Notes: a model not told the origin generated them from the letters alone. 64,000 nt of DNA from Steroidobacteraceae bacterium (GCA_041395525.1 JAWLAH010000009.1:18347-82346), one strand, 5' to 3'. Positions 1 to 9,215 are shown, counted from the first letter of the stretch. Numbers and translations are program-made.

Positions 1-582
1 GGCGAAAGGCGGCCTGTCTGGGTCGCGGGCAGCACGCACGCCGGCGAAGAGGAACAGATATTGGCTGCGCACCGCGAGGTTCGCAGCGCGCATCCGCAGG
101 CACTGTTGGTGCTGGTGCCGCGCCATCCGCCGCGGTTTGCCGACGTGGCGAGCCTCTTGCACCGTGAGGACGTGCCGTTCGTCAGCCGCTCGAGTGGTGC
201 GCCAGTCACCACGGCTACGCAAGTGTTCCTGCTCGATACGCTGGGTGAGCTGTTACCCTTCTATGCGGCGTGCGACGTTGCGTTTGTGGCTGGCAGTCTG
301 GTGCCGATCGGTGGGCACAATCTGCTCGAGCCCGCCGCACTCGGCAAAGCGATGCTTACCGGACCGTATAATTTCAACTCGGAAGATATCGCCAGGCTGT
401 TGCTGCAACGTGGCGCCGTTCTGCAGGTGGCAGATGCCGCTTCGCTCGCCGCCAACATGGCGCGATTGCTACACGCCCCTGACGAGCGTCAGCGCATGGG
501 CAGCATCGGACGATCGGTGGTCGATGAGAACCGCGGCGCGGTCGCGCGTCTGTTACCGCTATTAGAGCCGCTTATTGAGTAG
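1..582 (+). CDS. waaA: 3-deoxy-D-manno-octulosonic acid (Kdo) transferase, C-terminal part (5' end outside window)
   Basis: The frame is open from base 1 (..WVAGSTHAGEEEQILAAH..). The motifs LVPRHPPRF and GGHNLLEPAALGKAMLTGP are typical of the WaaA/KdtA C-terminal domain. Confidence 0.85.
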   Translation, partial: GERRPVWVAGSTHAGEEEQILAAHREVRSAHPQALLVLVPRHPPRFADVASLLHREDVPFVSRSSGAPVTTATQVFLLDTLGELLPFYAACDVAFVAGSLVPIGGHNLLEPAALGKAMLTGPYNFNSEDIARLLLQRGAVLQVADAASLAANMARLLHAPDERQRMGSIGRSVVDENRGAVARLLPLLEPLIE

Positions 583-1950
583 CCGCCGGAGCGGTCAGCC
601 AGGCGTTCACTTCCTCGATCGTGTCGCGATCCAGATTACCCGCCGCAAGCTGCAGCTGCAGGACATTCAGAATGTAGTCGTAACGACTGCGCGAGTAGTC
701 AGTCTCCGCCTGCACGAGACGGCGGCGTGAGTCGAGCCGCCGACCGCCGTGCGCGTACCAACTTCGTAGCCCGCTTCGGTTGCTTGCAGCGCTGTCCGGG
801 CGGATTCGGAGCCTGGCCGCAGCGCATTGGACGCGCGAGATTTCGGATTGCACGCCGAGGTAGGCATCGCGAGCCAGCCGCTCGGTAGCGCGGGAGGTAC
901 GTTCGAGACGGGCGCGCGACGCCTGCCAGAGATACTCCTGCTGACGCACGCGCGACTGCGTGCCGCCGCTGGCGAACACGAAGACGAAACCAGACCGACG
1001 CTCTTGGAGTCCTGATCATTGAGCGAAGGCGCCGTTACGCCGCCAACGAAAACCTGTGTCGATTCTGAGTGATTATTGCCACGCGACGCTACCAGATCCA
1101 GCTGTGGCAAGTGACCTCCAAATGCGCTGCGAACGTTGTCGCGCGCGATATCGGCTGCCAGTCGACTCGACGTCAGTGCCAGATTCTGGGACATCGACAG
1201 GTTCACCCAGGCATCGGCATCTGCTGGATTCGGTGTTTTGAGTGGCATCGATTCAGCGGGCGCGGCGAGTGGGCCACTTGCGATGCCGACGATCTCTTGC
1301 AAGAACTGCTCGGCGGTGCTGAGCTGCCGTTTGGCCGCGATGAGGGCGGCGGCGGACGTGTCGCGTGCCGCGCGCGCTTCTTGCACGTCGGTAATGGCGA
1401 TCAAACCAACCTCAAAACGCTTGTCGGCCTGGTCTAACAGCTGCGTGAAAGCTTCCAGCGCGGCCTGTTGAGCGGTCACTGAATCCTGCGCAGCGAGCAC
1501 GTCGAAATACCGCGTCGCGACGCGCTGTACCAGATCCTGCTGCGCTGCCTGATAGTCGGCCTCGGCCTGCGCTACCCGCTTGTTCGCTTGCCGCAGCGCC
1601 ACCCAATCGGCCCACGAGAACACGCTTTGCGTGAGATTGATACTCCATGAACGACTGTCGGGCTTCGAGCGGCTGTCGCCGCCAAAGGTGACCAATTGCC
1701 CGCCAATCAGCTGACCACTCTGATTAAACGACGCGTTGTCATTCTTGCTGATGGACGCAGAACCATTGAGTTGCGGCAGCAATGCCGCCAGCGCCTGCGG
1801 TTTCGACTCGCGGTTCGCAAGGCGATTCGCGTCGGCTTCCCGGATCTGCGGATCGTTCAGCAAGGCACGGTCAAAAACCTGGAGCAGGTCATCAGCAAAC
1901 GCAACGGGCGCGAACACGAGGGCTACGGCTAGAGCCAGCAAAGGGCGCAT
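572..1950 (-). pseudogene. tolC: TolC-family outer membrane channel, reading frame broken at about 985, 830 and 741 (frameshifts or sequence errors)
   Basis: Signal peptide MRPLLALAVALVFAPVAFA followed by DDLLQVF..LNDPQIREA. TolC-like text alternates between two minus-strand frames: SGGTQSRVRQQEYLW...DAYLGV, then TALQATEAGYEVGTRTAV, then DSRRRLVQAETDYSRSRYDYILNVLQLQLAAGNL. Confidence 0.8.
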
Positions 1951-2015
1951 TGAGATAATTCCTTTAGTGTTGTATATCACTATATCACGGGCTCATTCGG
2001 AGCCGCAACGGTGCC

Positions 2016-2336
2016 TTAGTACTGCTTCACGCTGGGATCGATCTCAGCGCTCCATGCCAGAATGCCGCCAGTCAAATTGGCAACCCGAGCAAAGCCGTGT
2101 GCTTCGAGGTACTGCCCGATCTTGAGTGACCGGCCGCCCGAGCGGCACATTACGATCGTTTCCGCCGCTGGATCCAGCTCCGACAGCCGATTCGGGACCT
2201 CACTCATGGGGATGTGTACGACACCCGACAGTGAGGCGATGTCGAGCTCCCAAGCGTCCCGCACATCCAGGAGCACTGGCGCGGTCTTGGCTTGGCGGCG
2301 TTCGCTCAATTCTTTGACCGTGACTTCGGCGACCAC
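2016..2336 (-). CDS. Single-domain rhodanese-like sulfurtransferase
   Basis: 106 aa with LLDVRDAWE...MCRSGGRS (active-site Cys loop)...LTGGILAW. Confidence 0.8.
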   Translation of the reverse strand: MVAEVTVKELSERRQAKTAPVLLDVRDAWELDIASLSGVVHIPMSEVPNRLSELDPAAETIVMCRSGGRSLKIGQYLEAHGFARVANLTGGILAWSAEIDPSVKQY

Positions 2337-2348
2337 AGAACCCTCACT

Positions 2349-3020
2349 TCAAAACGTAAACGCGGGCGGATGAGGCGCATTATGCAGCTCCGGCAGCACG
2401 GTTTCGAATAACGATTCGTCGCGCCATTCGTTATCCGACACGCGGGTAATGAGCCGCGCCTGCATGATCGGCCTGATTCCGATCACCACGAATAGTCGCC
2501 CGCCTGGCTTGAGGGCTTGCTGAAAGCGCGGGTCATAGAGCGGCAGCGATCCCGTGACCGCGATGACGTCGAAGCCTTGAGCGCCGTCACGCAGGTCGTT
2601 CAGTGCGCCGTCGGCAAACGCGTCGGCGTTGATGACGTCGACGTGAGCCACCTGGCAGCGTTCGAGATTCGCGCGCGCGGCCACCGCGAGTCGCGAGTTG
2701 ATCTCGAGCGTCCTGACGGAGGCGCCCAGCCCCGCGAGGCAGGCCGAGACGTAGCCGCTGCCGGTGCCGATCTCAAGCGCGCGGTCACCCGCTGCGACGG
2801 TGAGCGCCTGCAACAGTCGGCCGACAATCTGCGGGCTGAGCATCTGCTGTCCGTCGCCGAGCGGCACTTCCACATCGGCAAAGGCAAGGTCGGAGAATTC
2901 AGTCGGGACAAAGCGCTCGCGCGGAACGCGTCGCATGGTTTGCAGCACGCGTTCATCCAGCACATCCCACGCTCGCACCTGCTGGTGAATCATTTGTTCG
3001 CGTGCGAGTTCGATTTGCAT
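2349..3020 (-). CDS. pcm: Protein-L-isoaspartate O-methyltransferase family protein
   Basis: VPRERFVP, a SAM-binding EIGTGSGY motif, and the usual pcm position next to tolC. Start taken at ATG 3020; the ORF is open to 3077. Confidence 0.75.
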   Translation of the reverse strand: MQIELAREQMIHQQVRAWDVLDERVLQTMRRVPRERFVPTEFSDLAFADVEVPLGDGQQMLSPQIVGRLLQALTVAAGDRALEIGTGSGYVSACLAGLGASVRTLEINSRLAVAARANLERCQVAHVDVINADAFADGALNDLRDGAQGFDVIAVTGSLPLYDPRFQQALKPGGRLFVVIGIRPIMQARLITRVSDNEWRDESLFETVLPELHNAPHPPAFTF

Positions 3021-3199
3021 GAGACTTATTGTGTGATGGGAACGGCGCCGCAAAGGTACGGATTTTCTGCGAAGCACTCAAGTGAAACTCGCGTCGATAT
3101 GGTGAATACCAGTTCTGTGAGCACTATTGCGCGCTATGCTTGGGTCGCTGAAGGTGGATACTCAGCAATATAAATACATTAATGAGGCCACGCTAGGGA

Positions 3200-5563
3200 A
3201 TGTCGATTCTGGGGCTCGTTTGCCTGCTGCTCGCGATTGTCGCGGCTTTGATGCTCGTTTTGTTTCTGCTGCAGCGTGCGGAGCTGCGAGCGCTGAGCTC
3301 GGTCGCATTACAGACGCAACGCATTGCCACGTCGCGCAAGCTCGAAGGCAAGGTCGAAGTGACTACCGACCTACCAAGCGTGCAGTCGCTCGCGAGTTCC
3401 ATCAACCATCTGGTCGCCCGCGCTGTATCGGGTCGCGAGAAGTCGCGGCGCGCGCCCGCGTTGTTCGCGGATCTCGGTGATCGCGTCCACGAGGCGGTAT
3501 TGATCTATACCGAAGGAATCATCTACAGCAACCGGCAGTTCGCGAGCTTTGTGGGTGTCGATCGGGTCGATCTGGTCGGCCGTCGACTCGAGGATCTCGT
3601 GGCGCCCGAATACTCGCAACTCGTGGCTGATGTACTCCGCAAGCGCATGAACGACGAAGTTGCACCCGAGCGCTTCGAAGTCGAGATCGTCGGGATGCAA
3701 GGGCAGGTGAGCGTGCTGGAACTCACTTCGGCCACCGTCGAGTACGAGGATATTCGGGCGCTGCTCATTACGGGCGTCGAGGTGGTGCAAACGCAGCAGT
3801 TGCGCGCACTGACGTCGAGCGACGCCGCGCTCGTCAAGGGCGAGCAAGGTAAAGGCGAGCCGCTGCTCGCGTTGCCCGCGGCAACGAGCACGTCACCTGC
3901 TCACTACTTTGCGCTGCAGTCGTTAGTCGAGGCCGTTCTGACGACCAATCTCAGCGGCCACATCGATTACATGAATCCTGCCGCCGAAGCACTGCTCGGC
4001 GTTTCACTGACTCAGGCGCAAGGGCGGTTGATCGAAGAAGTCACGATGCTGGTCGATATTAACGACCGACGCCTCTTGGCAGAGCCAGTGCGGCAAGCGG
4101 CATCGGGTGGTAGCCCGGTATCGCTCGGACGCCGCGCTTTGCTGTTGCAGCGTCCCGCGGGCGGCGAGCGTTCGATCGAACTCGCGGCGTCGCCGCTGCG
4201 CAATGACGCCGCTGAGATCGTCGGCGCCGCAGTCGTACTGCACGATGTTACGGAACAGCGCGGCATGCAGCGGCAGATGTCCTACCAGGCAACGCACGAT
4301 GCCCTGACCGGGCTCGTCAATCGCCGCGAATTCCAGCGTCGCCTGGAGGAGGCGATCGACTCCGCGCAACGCGGCGATAGCACCCATGTGCTGTGCTACG
4401 TGGATCTCGATCGGTTCAAGCACGTCAACGACACCAGCGGCCATCTCGCCGGCGACAGCCTGCTGCGCGAGGTCGCGCGGTTGTTTCGTGATGCCGTCCG
4501 CGATTCGGATACCGTCGCGCGGCTGGGTGGTGACGAGTTCGGCATGCTGCTGATCGGCTGTCCGCTCGACAAGGCGCGGCAGATTGCCGATGACGTCTGT
4601 CGGGCGATCGCCGATTACCGCTTCATCTGGAAGGACCGTGTGTTCGAGGTCGGTGCCTCGGTCGGCATTCTGGAACTCGGCCGCGAAACAGGCACCGCCG
4701 AACAGGCGCTCGCTGCGGCCGATTCGGCCTGTTACGTCGCCAAGAAAGAAGGCAGCGGGCGCGTTTCGGTCTATTCAGCACGCGACGAGGCCCTGGCGCG
4801 GCAGACCGGCGAGATCCAGTGGTTGCAGCGACTGCAGGCGGCGCTCAAAGACAACCACTTTCGGCTGTACACGCAGCCGATCGTCTCGGCCTATGGGGGC
4901 AGCACCACCGGGCCGGCGATGGAAATCCTCGTGCGGATGAGTGACGAGCCTCGCCCCGATATTCTGGCGGGCGACTTCCTGCAGGCGGCCGAGCGCTATC
5001 GCATGACCTCGCTGCTCGATCGTTGGGTCGTACAGGCCACGTTCAAGAGTCTCGCGGACGGTTCGATCGAATTGGCGGACGATCGCAGCGTGGCGATCAA
5101 TATCTGTGGCCAGACGCTCGGTGACTCGCAGTTCCTCGAATTCGTCGTCGAGTGCTTTGACCGCACCGGCGTGCTGCCCGCGCAGATCTGCTTCGAGATA
5201 ACCGAAAACGCGGTGATCAGCAATCTCCAACATGCCCGGCGATTCGTCGGCGTGTTGCACGGCATGGGCTGCAAATTTGCGATCGACGATTTCGGGTCGG
5301 GTGTGGGTTCGTTCTCGAACCTCAAGAATCTGCCGCTCGATTACCTCAAGATCGACGGCTCGTTCATGCGCAATCTCGCGCGCGATTCGGTCAATCAGGC
5401 GATGGTGGCAGCGATGATCAAGCTGGCACGAACGCTCGACTTCAAGATCATCGCCGAACAGGTGGAAGACGAGGCTGCACTGGACGCGGCGCGGCGCATG
5501 GGCGTCGACTACGTGCAAGGATATGCCATCGCAAGGCCAGCCCTACTCAAGCTCGCGGCCTGA
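3200..5563 (+). CDS. Membrane-anchored PAS-PAS-GGDEF-EAL c-di-GMP signalling protein
   Basis: N-terminal TM helix and two PAS-like segments. Intact RLGGDEFGML. EAL-domain motifs EILVR, DDFGSG, KIDGSF and AEQVE. Confidence 0.9.
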   Translation: MSILGLVCLLLAIVAALMLVLFLLQRAELRALSSVALQTQRIATSRKLEGKVEVTTDLPSVQSLASSINHLVARAVSGREKSRRAPALFADLGDRVHEAVLIYTEGIIYSNRQFASFVGVDRVDLVGRRLEDLVAPEYSQLVADVLRKRMNDEVAPERFEVEIVGMQGQVSVLELTSATVEYEDIRALLITGVEVVQTQQLRALTSSDAALVKGEQGKGEPLLALPAATSTSPAHYFALQSLVEAVLTTNLSGHIDYMNPAAEALLGVSLTQAQGRLIEEVTMLVDINDRRLLAEPVRQAASGGSPVSLGRRALLLQRPAGGERSIELAASPLRNDAAEIVGAAVVLHDVTEQRGMQRQMSYQATHDALTGLVNRREFQRRLEEAIDSAQRGDSTHVLCYVDLDRFKHVNDTSGHLAGDSLLREVARLFRDAVRDSDTVARLGGDEFGMLLIGCPLDKARQIADDVCRAIADYRFIWKDRVFEVGASVGILELGRETGTAEQALAAADSACYVAKKEGSGRVSVYSARDEALARQTGEIQWLQRLQAALKDNHFRLYTQPIVSAYGGSTTGPAMEILVRMSDEPRPDILAGDFLQAAERYRMTSLLDRWVVQATFKSLADGSIELADDRSVAINICGQTLGDSQFLEFVVECFDRTGVLPAQICFEITENAVISNLQHARRFVGVLHGMGCKFAIDDFGSGVGSFSNLKNLPLDYLKIDGSFMRNLARDSVNQAMVAAMIKLARTLDFKIIAEQVEDEAALDAARRMGVDYVQGYAIARPALLKLAA

Positions 5564-5932
5564 CTGTCGCGCGATCCCTATGCCGAAGCTGCCGTGCAGA
5601 TTTCGCTACGATCATCCGACCGGCATGGCTGCGGCGTCGCGGCGTGCGCTGCCGAGCACCTGGTCGAACACGAGCAGCGGCGATACGCCCTGTTCGGCGG
5701 TTGTGCGCGCGGCGCGCGCCAGCGCCAAACCTCGCGCCTTGTACGCAGCTGCTTTCCTGCGATCGAGGTCGCTCCAGCAGGAGTAGCGCCGCGTCGGTGT
5801 TTCGCGTCAGTACGCGCTCATGTCGTACAATGGCACAATCAGCCCGAGTCAACGCGGTCCGGGTGCCAGGCAATATCCGCCGCGCATCCCGGGTCTCGTT
5901 CTCGTACTCAGAACAAACGGAGTGATAGCGGG

Positions 5933-6217
5933 ATGAATACCAAAACTGCAATATTGGCTGCTGCGGTCGGCAGCTTGTTCGCGATCGGGGCTACACAGGG
6001 AGCGTCGGCTGCCGACACCGAGAAGTGCTTTGGCGTCGCCAAGGCGGGCATGAACGACTGTGGCACCTCCAAGCACGGCTGCGGCGGCAAGGCTGCAGTG
6101 GACGGCGATAAGGCCGAGTGGATCAAGGTGCCCAAGGGCACTTGCGAGAAGATCGTGGGCGGTTCGCTCGAGTCATCCGAGAAGATGGCGGCGACCGACA
6201 AGAAAGAAAAGATGTGA
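5933..6217 (+). CDS. bufA: DUF2282-type bufferin precursor peptide (Sec signal plus four-Cys core)
   Basis: 94 aa. Signal [26 protein letters not shown], then [25 protein letters not shown]...[10 protein letters not shown]. Sits directly upstream of the DUF692 and DUF2063 genes. Confidence 0.85.
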   Translation: MNTKTAILAAAVGSLFAIGATQGASAADTEKCFGVAKAGMNDCGTSKHGCGGKAAVDGDKAEWIKVPKGTCEKIVGGSLESSEKMAATDKKEKM

Positions 6218-6237
6218 GGCATCGCCCGGGCGATGCC
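6218..6237 (+). terminator. Perfect 20-nt GC-rich palindrome (hairpin) immediately after the bufA stop; possible attenuator or mRNA stability element
   Basis: GGCATCGCCC/GGGCGATGCC starts at the first base after the TGA. There is no downstream T-tract. Confidence 0.45.
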
Positions 6238-6242
6238 AGCGC

Positions 6243-7127
6243 GTGACCGACAGCGTGCCGCCTGACTCGCCCGGGTATCCATTGTCTGGGTTACTGCCGC
6301 CGCTCGCTGGCATCGGTTTGCGGGCGCAGCATCACGCTGCCGTCATAGAACAGCGGCCCGCTGTCGCCTGGCTCGAGGCCCACAGCGAAAACTATTTTGG
6401 CGCCGGTTCGCAGTCGCTGCAATGGCTGCTGCGCGCGCGCGAACACTATCCTGTCAGTTTGCATGGGGTGGGCCTGTCGTTAGGTTCCACCGACCCGCTT
6501 GACCTCGCGCATATCGACGAATGGCGTCGGCTGATTGCCCGCGTTGAGCCGGCGGCAGTCTCCGAACACCTATGCTGGAGTTCGGTCGACGGTCGCCACA
6601 GCAACGATTTACTGCCGCTGCCGTATACGCGCGAAGCGCTGCGCCACGTGACGGCCCGCGTTATCCAGATCCAGGAGCTGTTCGGGCGACAGATGCTGAT
6701 CGAGAACCTCTCGAGTTACCTGCAGTTCGAGCACCAGGAGATGCCCGAGTGGGTGTTTCTGGCCGAACTCGCGCGCGCCAGCGGCTGCGGCATCCTGCTC
6801 GATGTGAATAACATCTATGTCAACGCCATGAACCAGGGTTTCGATCCTTTGGAATACCTGCATGCGATCCCGCGCGACCCGGTTGGCGAGATCCATCTCG
6901 CCGGCCACAGCACTCGGGCAATCGGCGACGATACGATGTTGATTGATACGCACAGTGCCCCGGTTTGCGATGCGGTCTGGGACTTGTATGCAGCGGCGAT
7001 CAAGCGCTTTGGCGCCCAGCCCACGCTGATCGAATGGGATGCGGATATTCCGGCACTCGAAGTGTTAGTCAGCGAGGCCAAGCGTGCCGAGCGCGTGGCG
7101 GGAGAGGCACTTGCCATCGCTGCTTGA
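6243..7127 (+). CDS. bufB: DUF692 / MNIO (MbnB-like) multinuclear iron oxidase, bufferin maturation enzyme
   Basis: GIGLRAQHH...WLEAHSENYF...VSLHGVGLSLGS...VSEHLCW...LIENLSSY...LLDVNNIYVNA...EIHLAGH. The start is uncertain: GTG 6243 or 6255, and the ORF is open back to 6060. Confidence 0.85.
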   Translation: MTDSVPPDSPGYPLSGLLPPLAGIGLRAQHHAAVIEQRPAVAWLEAHSENYFGAGSQSLQWLLRAREHYPVSLHGVGLSLGSTDPLDLAHIDEWRRLIARVEPAAVSEHLCWSSVDGRHSNDLLPLPYTREALRHVTARVIQIQELFGRQMLIENLSSYLQFEHQEMPEWVFLAELARASGCGILLDVNNIYVNAMNQGFDPLEYLHAIPRDPVGEIHLAGHSTRAIGDDTMLIDTHSAPVCDAVWDLYAAAIKRFGAQPTLIEWDADIPALEVLVSEAKRAERVAGEALAIAA

Positions 7128-7872
7128 TGTACAGCGGCAGTTCGCGGCTGGCTTGTTCGGCGAACAGCGTCTCCCCGAGCAGGGGTTACTGCAGGCGGCA
7201 GGCATTGCGCCTGCGCTGCGGCTCGGCATCTACACTAACAATCATCGTCAGGGTGTGCGTGGTGCACTGGCGCTGATGTACCCGGTGATCGAGCGCTTGG
7301 TCGGCAGCGAATATTTCCGGGACCTCGCTGACGAGTATCGGCCGCAGCACCCGTCGACGCGTGGCGATCTGCATCATCTCGGTTTCGCGTTCCCGACTTT
7401 TCTGGGCGAGAGATTCGGAGGCGGCGAGTACGCGTACCTTGCCGATGTCGCAGCGCTCGAGTGGGCCATCGAGGATGCGCGTCGCGCTGCTCTGGTCGAG
7501 GCGCTGACGCCGGACGCATTGCGTGACGTGCCGGCCGAGCAATACGACGCATTGCATTTCAACTTTCATCCGGGCGCACGGCTCATCCGCTCGCGGTTTC
7601 CGATTCGGCGCATCTGGCTGGCCAACCAGGCGGGCGTCGAGTCGGTAGACACTGTGCGACTGGATGAAGGTGACGACTGGCTGCTGGTGCGCGCGCTACC
7701 CGATGAGATCGCTTTGGCATCGCTCGATGAGGCGGGCTACTTGTTTGCTCGGGAACTAGAGCAGGGTGTCTCGCTGGGGGAGGCGGCCGAGCGCGCCCTC
7801 GCCCTCGATGCGGTGTTCGATCTGGGGGCAGCACTGCGGCGGTTGTTTGCACTCGCAGCTTTCCGCATCTAA
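7084..7872 (+). CDS. bufC: DUF2063-domain partner protein of the MNIO enzyme
   Basis: Position and size (about 255 aa) match the third gene of DUF2282-DUF692-DUF2063 operons. Overlaps the bufB 3' end. An alternative TTG start lies at 7111. Confidence 0.7.
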   Translation: MPSAWRERHLPSLLDVQRQFAAGLFGEQRLPEQGLLQAAGIAPALRLGIYTNNHRQGVRGALALMYPVIERLVGSEYFRDLADEYRPQHPSTRGDLHHLGFAFPTFLGERFGGGEYAYLADVAALEWAIEDARRAALVEALTPDALRDVPAEQYDALHFNFHPGARLIRSRFPIRRIWLANQAGVESVDTVRLDEGDDWLLVRALPDEIALASLDEAGYLFARELEQGVSLGEAAERALALDAVFDLGAALRRLFALAAFRI

Positions 7873-8108
7873 AAAGGGCCGTGCCGAGAGAGTCTGTGCT
7901 AACCATCCTGTAGGTATCCGCCGACAGGCTACGCAGCTATTAGTTAGTTTGGTCCCCGTCTGTACAGCTGCGAATTGAATCATCTCATAGAACCGTCTCG
8001 GTAAGTCCGTATGGCGGAGCCGGTACGTGGAGCGTAGTCGTATGTCTTGACAGGTCCGCTTGCTTTGCTTGCGTGGTTCAGGGCTCGCCGCGAACAAGGG
8101 AGGCGAGA

Positions 8109-9215
8109 ATGCGAGAATTCGTCGTCATGACTTTCGCCACGGTCGGCTTGTTCGCCGCCGCGGCTTGGTACGCGCCGGTGGACGCGCAGCAAGGTGACGC
8201 CAAGCCCAATCCGCACAATCTTCCGGCCACCAGTCTCGGCGACCGTCTCGACGACCGTCTCGACGACCGTCTCGACGACGATACACTCGGTAGCCGCGGA
8301 CGCACAGGGCATCCGAGCATTGCCGCATCGCCCGGCTTCGCACACGCGAGCGTCGCCAACAATCCCGCGGTGCGAGATGCCAAGCCGGTCGGACAAGCCG
8401 TTTGTATGGCCTGCCACACGCTGGAATCCAAGTCGTTCGCGCACACGACGCATGCTCTCGGCATGAACGTGGCATTGGCGGCCAGCCCCACGACGCCGAC
8501 CTGCGAGGCTTGCCACGGGCCGGGCGCAGCGCACGCAAAGAATCCGACTGCACGCGGCCTGATCATTGCCTTTACTCACGACGGTGGCACGCCCGTCGAG
8601 ACGCAAACGGCGAGCTGCCTGGCTTGCCACGCGGGCGGCGCGCGGGATCAGTGGCTCGGTTCCGTGCATCGGCGCAACCAATTGTCGTGCAGCGACTGCC
8701 ATAACCCGATGGCGCAATCGTCTGCCGAGGGCTTGCAGGCCAAACGGTCGATCAACGAAACCTGCGCGACCTGCCACCAGGACATCCGCCAGCAATTCAA
8801 TCGACGTTCACACATGCCGCTGCCAGAGGGTCAGATGGCATGCGTCGATTGCCACAACCCGCACGGCAGCATCAACGCGGTGCTACTGAAAACGGATACG
8901 GTCAACGAGACTTGTTATCAATGTCATGCTGAAAAGCGCGGGCCGTTTCTGTTCGAGCATGCGCCGGTACGCGAATCCTGCCTGAGCTGCCACACGCCCC
9001 ATGGCTCAAACCAGCACGCGTTGCTGGTCGCGCCGATTCCGATGCTGTGTCAGCAATGTCATTCGCACGTGCGCCATCCGAACGACATGCCCAACGAGCA
9101 GCAGCTGGCGAGCGGTCTGGCGCCTGATGAGCGTGTGATGGGCCGAGGTTGTCTCACCTGCCATGCCCAGATCCATGGCTCGAACCATCCGGCTGGTCCG
9201 CGGCTACACAAATAG
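8109..9215 (+). CDS. Periplasmic decahaem c-type cytochrome, MtrA/DmsE/MtoA/PioA family
   Basis: Ten CXXCH motifs (CMACH, CEACH, CLACH, CSDCH, CATCH, CVDCH, CYQCH, CLSCH, CQQCH, CLTCH). Sec signal ending VDA|QQ. GGGAGG ribosome-binding site upstream of the ATG. Confidence 0.9.
   Translation: MREFVVMTFATVGLFAAAAWYAPVDAQQGDAKPNPHNLPATSLGDRLDDRLDDRLDDDTLGSRGRTGHPSIAASPGFAHASVANNPAVRDAKPVGQAVCMACHTLESKSFAHTTHALGMNVALAASPTTPTCEACHGPGAAHAKNPTARGLIIAFTHDGGTPVETQTASCLACHAGGARDQWLGSVHRRNQLSCSDCHNPMAQSSAEGLQAKRSINETCATCHQDIRQQFNRRSHMPLPEGQMACVDCHNPHGSINAVLLKTDTVNETCYQCHAEKRGPFLFEHAPVRESCLSCHTPHGSNQHALLVAPIPMLCQQCHSHVRHPNDMPNEQQLASGLAPDERVMGRGCLTCHAQIHGSNHPAGPRLHK
8241..8276 (+). repeat. Perfect 3 x 12-nt in-frame tandem repeat (GACCGTCTCGAC) encoding (DRLD)3
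   Basis: Read directly from the sequence. Lies in the acidic linker between the signal peptide and the first haem motif. Confidence 0.95.

Noticed and set aside
5600-5790. A possible minus-strand gene fragment (..[37 protein letters not shown]..).
   Set aside because: It has no start codon between the upstream stop and this text, is only about 57 codons long, and has no recognisable family. Kept only as a remark in a finding.
6060-6242. The bufB ORF appears to start inside bufA.
   Set aside because: The upstream part is out of frame with bufA and Arg-rich. The DUF692 similarity starts near GIGLRAQHH, so a GTG at 6243 or 6255 is more plausible.
7980-8795. A long (271-aa) ORF antisense to the decahaem gene. 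Similar long antisense or out-of-frame ORFs occur elsewhere, e.g. 9283-10170, 17852-18922, 34921-35985, 42208-42861 and 53565-54368.
   Set aside because: They have Arg/Ala/Pro-rich low-complexity translations and no motifs. Each fully overlaps a gene with strong family signatures. This is the typical high-GC artefact.
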